Assembly: GCA_963663995.1 (NCBI GenBank) | Contig: OY760660.1 | Location: 1,440,001-1,472,000 of the forward strand | Length of the DNA stretch: 32,000 bases | Reading direction: 5' to 3' | Origin: Erysipelotrichaceae bacterium | GTDB lineage: Bacteria > Bacillota_I > Bacilli_A > Erysipelotrichales > Erysipelotrichaceae | Shown: piece after piece, positions 24,305 to 32,000 of the stretch | Layout of the letters: the number at the start of each line of letters is the position of its first letter | Numbering within the stretch: the stretch's first letter is position 1 | Made by a program: the position numbers and the translations under genes | The notes under the pieces: generated by a model | Database searches by the model: none | The model's input: only the letters and a program-made list of their open reading frames with translations | What the model was told of the DNA's origin: nothing

Positions 24305-25549
24305 ATGAAAACAGATTTAATATTGAGAAGAGAGACACTTCTTAATGATTTACCACTTAATAGTATTGCCGTTTTTTTCGCAGGAGATTTAGTCCCCTCA
24401 ACGGCTGATGCGCATTATCCATTTGTGATAAACAAGAATTTTTATTACTTAACAAATTTAGAAGAAGATAGCTTAATTCTAATGTTTACTCATACCGCAA
24501 CGGGTAAAAAAGAAACATTGTTTATTAAAGATGATAACCCAGTGATGGAAAAATGGGTTGGTCGCTCTATTAAAAAGAATGAAGCGATTGAGAAATCGGG
24601 GATCAGAAGTATTCTCAAGATTTCTGAATTTGAGAACACTTTAAACCGTGTTTTTATGAGTAATGATATTACGAGTTTTTTTATTGATTCAGAGAGGATG
24701 TCGTTGAAGAAAGCACAAACAAAAGCGGATCAATTTACTAATGATATAAAGGAAGCACATCCTGATTTATCTATTACCAATTTAAATAAAAAAATTAATT
24801 CGATGCGTCGCATAAAGACACAGGCTGAACAAGACTTAATGGTTAAAGCGATGCATGTTACTCACAATGGGTTAAATCGAATTTTGGACAATTTAAAAGC
24901 AGGTAGATTTGAATATCAAGTCGCGGCCGATTTTTCATATCAAGTTCAAAGTGAAAATTGTACCCATGCCTTTGATACGATTGCGGCTAGTGGAGATGAT
25001 GCGTGTATCCTACATTACGTTGATAATCAAAAAGAATGTAAAGATGGAGATCTCATTTTATTAGATCTCGGAGCGGCTTATCAAAACTATGCGAGTGATA
25101 TCACTCGTACTTATCCAATTAATGGTAAGTTTAGTGAAAGACAAAAGACTTACTATAATATTGTTTTAAAAGCACAAGAAGCAGTCATTGATGCCATACA
25201 ACCGGGCGTAAGTTTTCAATTTTTAAATCAAATTGTTAAAGAAATCTATAAAGTGGAATGTTTAAAGGCCAATATTATTGAAGATGAAGATGATGTCGAT
25301 CAAGTCTATTATCATGGTGTTTCTCATTCATTAGGTTTAGATACACATGATGTTGGAACCCTTGAAGGTGCAAAAATTGAAGCAGGCATGGTGATCACTG
25401 TTGAGCCTGGTTTATATAGTGCAAACGAAGGGATTGGCATCCGAATTGAAGATGATGTTTTAGTCACAGAAACAGGTTCAATTGTCTTATCCTCATTCAT
25501 TGAAAAATCAGTTGAAGATATCGAAAGAATCATGAGCTCGAAGAAATAA
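24305..25549 (+). CDS. Xaa-Pro aminopeptidase (M24B family)
   Basis: Creatinase/aminopeptidase-P N-terminal domain plus the M24 metal-ligand pattern (DxGxxYxxYxSDITRT, HGxxHxxGLDxHD, TxEPG, IRIEDD). Confidence 0.9.
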   Translation: MKTDLILRRETLLNDLPLNSIAVFFAGDLVPSTADAHYPFVINKNFYYLTNLEEDSLILMFTHTATGKKETLFIKDDNPVMEKWVGRSIKKNEAIEKSGIRSILKISEFENTLNRVFMSNDITSFFIDSERMSLKKAQTKADQFTNDIKEAHPDLSITNLNKKINSMRRIKTQAEQDLMVKAMHVTHNGLNRILDNLKAGRFEYQVAADFSYQVQSENCTHAFDTIAASGDDACILHYVDNQKECKDGDLILLDLGAAYQNYASDITRTYPINGKFSERQKTYYNIVLKAQEAVIDAIQPGVSFQFLNQIVKEIYKVECLKANIIEDEDDVDQVYYHGVSHSLGLDTHDVGTLEGAKIEAGMVITVEPGLYSANEGIGIRIEDDVLVTETGSIVLSSFIEKSVEDIERIMSSKK

Positions 25550-25563
25550 CGAGCTCTTTTTTT
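25534..25563 (+). terminator. Rho-independent terminator after the aminopeptidase gene
   Basis: GAGCTCG (25534-25540), a 9-nt loop containing the TAA stop, CGAGCTC (25550-25556), then TTTTTTT. Confidence 0.7.
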
Positions 25564-25593
25564 GTAAAGTTTCTAGAAAAGAAAATTAAACGC

Positions 25594-25621
25594 TTGACAT
25601 ACAGTTTAAGTTATTTATAAT
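25594..25621 (+). promoter_or_regulatory. Consensus sigma-A promoter for DUF1934-argS-rpoE
   Basis: TTGACA (25594-25599), 16-nt spacer, TATAAT (25616-25621). Both hexamers are perfect consensus. Confidence 0.7.
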
Positions 25622-25647
25622 CGTTGTCAGGAAATGGTTGTAATTTT

Positions 25648-26043
25648 ATGATGTCTCAAGCGGTTAGTTATCAGTTAACCTTAACCGATAATTTAGAAAA
25701 TAAAAGTGTATTCTACGATGATTTAATAGGAGAGATGACAAAAGCACCTCTTATTTATCGCTATAATGAAAATCACGAAGATGCCTATGTTAAGATACAA
25801 GTCCATGATGATCATGTCATCTTGGAAAGGGTTGCGCAATCAAATACTGAGATAAGATTTGAAGAGAAAACAGATACGCAATTCTATATAAAAGATGAGA
25901 ATGCTGAGTTTATTGGGGAAGTTGAAACATTGGCGATTAAGAAAATGCCTCAATACCTTTATATTCACTACCGCTTGTGGATAAATGATGATATTATAGC
26001 GGAACAAGAAATGGAATTGAAAGTGAAGGTCAGTGATGCATGA
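25648..26043 (+). CDS. DUF1934-family protein (YwiB-like)
   Basis: A small beta-rich protein directly upstream of argS and overlapping it, the conserved Firmicute synteny. The ORF-track TTG at 25624 would lie at or before the predicted TSS (~25628), so the tandem ATGs at 25648/25651 are preferred. Confidence 0.7.
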   Translation: MMSQAVSYQLTLTDNLENKSVFYDDLIGEMTKAPLIYRYNENHEDAYVKIQVHDDHVILERVAQSNTEIRFEEKTDTQFYIKDENAEFIGEVETLAIKKMPQYLYIHYRLWINDDIIAEQEMELKVKVSDA

Positions 26044-27683
26044 ACGCAATTGAATTCAAACTAAGACAAATTATTCAAAGCGCGGTTTTAACAGCTTATA
26101 ACTTAGAACTCTCTTTTGATGACATTGTGATTGAAAATCCTAAAATTAAAGAACACGGCGACTACTCAACAAATGTTGCGATGCAATTAGCTAAACAACT
26201 TAAAAATAATCCAAGAGCGATCGCTTCATCTATTGTGACTGAAATCGAAAAAACAGCTCATCCATTTGATAAGTTAGAGATTGCTGGTGCTGGTTTTATC
26301 AACATGGTAGTTAAACTTGAAGTTTTAACGAGTATTATTCCAACCATCTTAAATGAAGATGAGAAATATGGACTTGGCCAAACTAAAGAGCATCCAAGTT
26401 TTAATATCGAATATGTTAGCGCGAATCCAACGGGAGATTTACATCCTGGTCATGCGCGTGGAGCGGCGATTGGTGATGCTTTATCACGAATTATGAAATG
26501 TGCTGGTTATAATGTTTCACGAGAATATTATATTAATGATGCCGGTAATCAAATTAATAATATGGCTAAATCACTAAGAGCGAGATATCTTCAAGTCTGT
26601 GGATTAAATGAAGAAGTTCCTGAAGATGGATATCATGGAAAAGATTTGATTGATATTGCGCAAGAAATTTATGATATAAATAAAGATGCTTATAAGGACT
26701 TAGCTTATGAAGAGAGTGTTGCACTCTTTAAAAAACTAGGTTTAGAAGCTGAAATCTTAAAGCTTAAAAAAGACTTAGAACTCTTTCGATGTGAGTTTGA
26801 TGTTTGGACTTCTGAACAATCACTCTATGATCGTGGTCTCGTTATTGCAGCTTTAGAGAAATTAAAAAAATTAGGTCATACTTATGATCACGAAGGGGCT
26901 TTATTTTTAAAGACCACTGATTATGGTGATGACAAGGATCGAGTCTTGGTGAAGAGTGATGGGACTTATACCTACTTAATGCCAGATATCGCTTATCACT
27001 TAGATAAGAAAGAACGTGGTTATGATCAACTCGTCAATTTATGGGGTGCTGATCATCACGGTTATATTCCTCGTATGAAGGCTGCACTAGAAGCCTTAGA
27101 TTATAAATCTGAAGACTTACATGTCGACATTATTCAAATGGCACGCATGATTAAGGACGGGGAAGAATTTAAATTAAGCAAACGTACAGGGAAGGCGGTG
27201 GCTTTAAAGGATTTAATCGATGAAGCAGGGGTGGATGCTGTTAGATACTATTTTGTTTCTAAAGCAGGTGATACACATATGGATTTAGATTTAGATATGG
27301 CAACATCTTCATCTAGTGAGAATCCAGTTTATTATGCTCAATATGCACATGCGAGAATGTGTTCAATTCTAAGAGTTGAAAGCCCACAAGAAATTAATGA
27401 TTATAGTTTATTAACCCACGAAAAAGAACGAGATCTGATGATGATCTTGGCGGATTATCCACAATGGATACAAAATTCCGCTAGCCTAAGACAGCCACAC
27501 TTGATGTGCTTATACATTCATAAGTGTGCATCTGGCTTCCATTCTTTTTATAACGAGTGTAGTGTATTAAAAGCTGATGATGAAGCGCTTAAGCTTCAAA
27601 GACTTGCTTTAACAAAAGCAGTTCAAATCACTTTAAGAAATGCACTTGAATTAATTGGCGTAAGTGCCCCGGAAAAAATGTAG
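26040..27683 (+). CDS. argS: Arginine--tRNA ligase
   Basis: Class I HIGH-type motif (SANPTGDLHPGHAR), an N-terminal Arg-tRNA-binding domain and a C-terminal DALR anticodon-binding domain. ATGA overlap with the upstream gene. Confidence 0.95.
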   Translation: MNAIEFKLRQIIQSAVLTAYNLELSFDDIVIENPKIKEHGDYSTNVAMQLAKQLKNNPRAIASSIVTEIEKTAHPFDKLEIAGAGFINMVVKLEVLTSIIPTILNEDEKYGLGQTKEHPSFNIEYVSANPTGDLHPGHARGAAIGDALSRIMKCAGYNVSREYYINDAGNQINNMAKSLRARYLQVCGLNEEVPEDGYHGKDLIDIAQEIYDINKDAYKDLAYEESVALFKKLGLEAEILKLKKDLELFRCEFDVWTSEQSLYDRGLVIAALEKLKKLGHTYDHEGALFLKTTDYGDDKDRVLVKSDGTYTYLMPDIAYHLDKKERGYDQLVNLWGADHHGYIPRMKAALEALDYKSEDLHVDIIQMARMIKDGEEFKLSKRTGKAVALKDLIDEAGVDAVRYYFVSKAGDTHMDLDLDMATSSSSENPVYYAQYAHARMCSILRVESPQEINDYSLLTHEKERDLMMILADYPQWIQNSASLRQPHLMCLYIHKCASGFHSFYNECSVLKADDEALKLQRLALTKAVQITLRNALELIGVSAPEKM

Positions 27684-27692
27684 GAGAATTTT

Positions 27693-28070
27693 ATGACAAG
27701 CCGATCAATGCTAGATGTCGCATATGAGACACTTAAAAATCGACAAACCGAGATTTCATTCCTCGACTTATGGACTGAAGTTGTGAATACCTTAGGATTT
27801 AGTGCTGCTCAATCTGAGCAAAAAATAGCACAGTTTTATTCTGCTATGATGTTGGATGTTCGCTTTGCGCAACTTGAAGATAACATGTGGGATTTACGTA
27901 CACGTCGTACTTATGATGAAACACATAAGGAAGATGGTGAACTCATCGAAGATGAATACATGAGTGATGATGAAGCTGAAATGTTATTAAATGATGATGA
28001 CGATGATGATTCAGATGACGATGATGACGATGATGAGAAAGATGATTCTGACGAAGAAGATGACGATTAA
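27693..28070 (+). CDS. rpoE: DNA-directed RNA polymerase delta subunit
   Basis: N-terminal HARE-HTH-like domain (MLDVAYExL...FxDLWxEV...FYxxxxxDxRFxxLxxNxWDLR) followed by a long Asp/Glu tail. AGGAGA RBS. Confidence 0.9.
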   Translation: MTSRSMLDVAYETLKNRQTEISFLDLWTEVVNTLGFSAAQSEQKIAQFYSAMMLDVRFAQLEDNMWDLRTRRTYDETHKEDGELIEDEYMSDDEAEMLLNDDDDDDSDDDDDDDEKDDSDEEDDD

Positions 28071-28096
28071 TTAGTGTAATTTTTTGTCTTAACTTA

Positions 28097-28105
28097 TGCT
28101 AGAAT
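28097..28105 (+). promoter_or_regulatory. Putative pyrG promoter, extended -10 TGcTAGAAT
   Basis: TG at 28097-28098 and TAGAAT at 28100-28105. Position +7 after the hexamer is G28112, the first G of GGGC. Confidence 0.45.
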
Positions 28106-28111
28106 AGGAAA

Positions 28112-29787
<1,676 letters not shown>

Positions 29788-29806
29788 TTAAACACAAAAT
29801 ATTTCG

Positions 29807-29815
29807 TGTTAGAAT
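29807..29815 (+). promoter_or_regulatory. Possible extended -10 (TGtTAGAAT) upstream of murA
   Basis: TG at 29807-29808 and TAGAAT at 29810-29815. It would leave a ~5-nt leader before ATG 29827 with no SD. It is overlapped by a 20-nt imperfect palindrome at 29791-29810. Confidence 0.3.
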
Positions 29816-29826
29816 GTGATATATCT

Positions 29827-31089
29827 ATGGAAGAAGTAATAAAAATTGAAGGCGGACATAAACTAAAAGGGACGGTTCGCATTAGTGGTTCTAAAAATAC
29901 AACAGTAGCGCTTATTCCTGCTTCTGTACTTGCGACAAAAGGAAAGGTTACCATTTTTGGTGTGCCTGAAATCTCAGATGTTGATCACTTATCCAATTTA
30001 CTTAAATCTTTAGATGTTGAAGTCGAACAAAAAGGTGAAGATATTATTATCGATCCTAGTCATATGAATAATATTGCTTTAGATCATTCATCTGTTACAA
30101 AACTGAGAGCTTCCTATTATTTTATGGGTGCTCTTTTAGGCCGTTTTAAGAAAGTTTCCATGAAAATGCCGGGAGGCTGTTATCTAGGACCTCGTCCAAT
30201 TGACTTACACTTAAAAGGATTTGAAGCTTTAGGTGCAAGCGTCGATTACTCAAATGGGTTTTATCACATTCAAGCTAAAGAACTTGTTGGAGCAAAAATC
30301 TATTTAGATACAACATCAGTAGGTGCAACGATCAACATTATGATGGCTTCTGTTTATGCAAAAGGTCGGACAACGATTGAGAATGCTGCAAAAGAACCAG
30401 AAATTATTGATGTTGCGACATTCTTAAATAAAATGGGAGCACAAATTCGTGGTGCAGGGACGAATATCATCACAATTGATGGAGTTGAAGAACTCAGTGG
30501 TTGTGTCCATGAAATTATTCCTGATCGTATTGAAGCAGGTACATTTATTGTGATTGCTGCAGCAGCTGCTAAAGAAATGGTTATTGAGAATATCATTCCT
30601 CATCACTTGGATTCACTCTTATCTAAACTGGAAGAAATGGGTGTTCCTTTACAAATAGAAATTGATAAAGTTACTGTTAGAGCTGCCAGTCATTTAAAAG
30701 CAGTTGATATCCAGACACTTCCTTATCCTGGTTTCGCGACAGATCTTCAACAACCCTTAACGCCACTTCTTTGTGTGGCTGAAGGAAATAGTCAAGTTAA
30801 AGAAACTATTTATGTTGAACGCTTTAAGCACTGCCTTGAACTACAACGTATGGGTGCAAACATAAATTTAAGTCCAGCTTTCGCAAACATTTCTGGTCCG
30901 ACACATTTAAATGGTGATATCGTGACAGCAACAGATCTTAGATGTGGTGCAAGTTTAGTCGTGGCTGGTTTAATGGCTAAAGGTATTACTGAAATCCATG
31001 ATGTTTATCACATCGATCGTGGATATGATCGTTTAGATGAAAAATTAAGAGCCTGCGGTGCCAAAATCTGGAGAGAAGAAGTTCAATGA
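29827..31089 (+). CDS. murA: UDP-N-acetylglucosamine 1-carboxyvinyltransferase
   Basis: MEEVIKIEGGxKLxGxVxISGSKN canonical N-terminus, the active-site loop KMPGGCYLGPRPIDLH with the catalytic Cys, and a C-terminal RGYxxxxxKLxxxGA. The ORF-track GTG at 29806 would add a non-conserved extension. Confidence 0.93.
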   Translation: MEEVIKIEGGHKLKGTVRISGSKNTTVALIPASVLATKGKVTIFGVPEISDVDHLSNLLKSLDVEVEQKGEDIIIDPSHMNNIALDHSSVTKLRASYYFMGALLGRFKKVSMKMPGGCYLGPRPIDLHLKGFEALGASVDYSNGFYHIQAKELVGAKIYLDTTSVGATINIMMASVYAKGRTTIENAAKEPEIIDVATFLNKMGAQIRGAGTNIITIDGVEELSGCVHEIIPDRIEAGTFIVIAAAAAKEMVIENIIPHHLDSLLSKLEEMGVPLQIEIDKVTVRAASHLKAVDIQTLPYPGFATDLQQPLTPLLCVAEGNSQVKETIYVERFKHCLELQRMGANINLSPAFANISGPTHLNGDIVTATDLRCGASLVVAGLMAKGITEIHDVYHIDRGYDRLDEKLRACGAKIWREEVQ

Positions 31090-31529
31090 ATGAATTCATT
31101 CTAATCCATGTTGCTCATAACGATATTCAAATGGCTCTATGTTTAAAAATTCGAGAAGAAGTATTTATAAAAGAACAAAGTGTTCCTCGAGATATTGAAA
31201 TAGATGAACATGATGTATTAACAGATCCTGTATGCAAACACTTTTTATTGGTAGTTAATGGAATGCCTGCTGGTACAGCACGTGCGATAACTCTAGAAGA
31301 CCAATCCATTAAAATTCAAAGAGTGGCTATATACAAAAAATATCGTGGATTAGGATTTGGAAAAGTATTGCTTAACAATATTGAAGATTACTATAAAGCG
31401 TCAAAATACGTCCTTGGTGCCCAAGAACATGCGATTCCTTTTTATGAAAAGTTAGGCTATGTTATTACATCGGATATTTATTTAGATGCAGATATAAGAC
31501 ATAAAGATATGGAAAAGGTTATTAAATAG
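31086..31529 (+). CDS. GNAT-family N-acetyltransferase (YjcF/ElaA-like)
   Basis: ATGA overlap with murA. RxxVFxxEQxVP...ExDxxD N-terminal block and the acetyl-CoA motif QRVAIxKxYRGxGxGKxLL. Confidence 0.8.
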   Translation: MNEFILIHVAHNDIQMALCLKIREEVFIKEQSVPRDIEIDEHDVLTDPVCKHFLLVVNGMPAGTARAITLEDQSIKIQRVAIYKKYRGLGFGKVLLNNIEDYYKASKYVLGAQEHAIPFYEKLGYVITSDIYLDADIRHKDMEKVIK

Positions 31530-31537
31530 CCTTTTTT

Positions 31538-32000
31538 CTATTTGAACCGTGTTCGATAGGAACAGTGTTGGCATAGATCCTCAACTAAAGTGTTTTGTTT
31601 AAAGCCATTGGTTAGACTTATTAAACGCTTTGAACTTAAAATTTGATCCAATGACGATTCATAGATATTACCGATTTTTAAATGTGCTTGTGGATCTAAA
31701 CAACATGGTGTAACAGAACCGTCATTAAGAATAGCCAACATCTTTGTTCCTGCATGACATCGTCCTATATTTGAAACATGAGCAGAATTTAAACTTGGCC
31801 ATTCGAATTGATCATCTAAATCAATGGTTAAATTGTCTGTGTAACGAAGTCTCTTCTTTCCAATCGATTGAATAAGGCTAGAATCAAGATCAGGTAATAA
31901 ACGATTAAGAATAAGATTCATTTTTTCTGATTTTTGATTCCATATGCGTAAAAAAACGGATGCGTTTGACTGAAGAATACTTTCTTTAAGTTCAAGTAAC
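31538..32000 (-). CDS. Radical SAM/SPASM-domain protein, C-terminal part (5' end lies beyond the window)
   Basis: The reading frame stays open upstream of the ORF-track ATG (31921) to nt 32000 (..LLELKESILQSNASVFLRIWNQKSEK-MNLIL..). The C-terminus has a SPASM/twitch-like Cys pattern (GRCHAG...PCCLD...CQHCSY). The radical SAM core itself is not in the window. Confidence 0.65.
   Translation of the reverse strand, partial: LLELKESILQSNASVFLRIWNQKSEKMNLILNRLLPDLDSSLIQSIGKKRLRYTDNLTIDLDDQFEWPSLNSAHVSNIGRCHAGTKMLAILNDGSVTPCCLDPQAHLKIGNIYESSLDQILSSKRLISLTNGFKQNTLVEDLCQHCSYRTRFK

Noticed and set aside
25564-25647. T-box or other riboswitch leader upstream of argS
   Set aside because: The consensus promoter leaves only a ~20-nt leader before the DUF1934 start, and argS overlaps that gene. 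There is no room for a T-box and no specifier or terminator structure.
25976-27463. Two perfect DnaA-box 9-mers (TGTGGATAA at 25976-25984 and TTATCCACA at 27455-27463)
   Set aside because: Both lie inside coding sequence (DUF1934 and argS), 1.5 kb apart. There is no AT-rich unwinding element, no box cluster and no dnaA/dnaN context. This is most likely chance in an AT-rich genome.
27991-28070. The GAT/GAC trinucleotide-rich tract at the 3' end of rpoE as a hypervariable or contingency repeat
   Set aside because: It encodes the normal acidic tail of the delta subunit. The codons are mixed (GAT/GAC/GAA/TCA), not a pure slippery repeat.

Overview
This is an AT-rich chromosomal segment, roughly one-third G+C by eye, that uses the standard genetic code (long conserved ORFs are uninterrupted by TGA and Trp is TGG). 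It comes from a walled low-GC Bacillota-type organism, since murA, an ftsW/rodA-family gene, the RNA polymerase delta subunit rpoE and the MEP-pathway gene ispF are all present. About 30 tightly packed, mostly co-directional housekeeping genes fill the window, many joined by ATGA or TAATG start/stop overlaps. In order they are: dnaX (5'-truncated)-recR-fhs; a self-contained orphan gene; a CYTH protein divergent from nadK; ftsW/rodA (-); a degenerate PTS EIICB-like protein; mutS-mutL-miaA-msrA; an ABC-2 ATPase/permease pair; a lipoprotein built from two near-identical 157-aa units; a solo IS200-type tnpA element; rarA (-); dtd-folD-DUF951-ychF-darA; ispF-HD hydrolase-pepP; DUF1934-argS-rpoE; pyrG; murA-GNAT; and a radical SAM/SPASM gene (-) that runs off the window end. 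I saw no rRNA, tRNA or CRISPR array. I cannot support a multi-gene novel system here. The best leads are: (1) the duplicated lipoprotein, which is preceded by an exact Clostridia-type Rex operator palindrome and a second Rex-like box over its promoter; (2) the 314-aa orphan with its own promoter and terminator, whose N-terminal domain resembles, from memory, a domain usually fused to HNH nucleases; (3) a PTS EIICB-like protein that has lost both catalytic motifs; (4) a pyrG leader that fits the B. subtilis reiterative-transcription attenuator design; (5) the regulatory architecture of the IS200 copy. All homology statements come from reading the translations and from recollection of family motifs. 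No database search was run.
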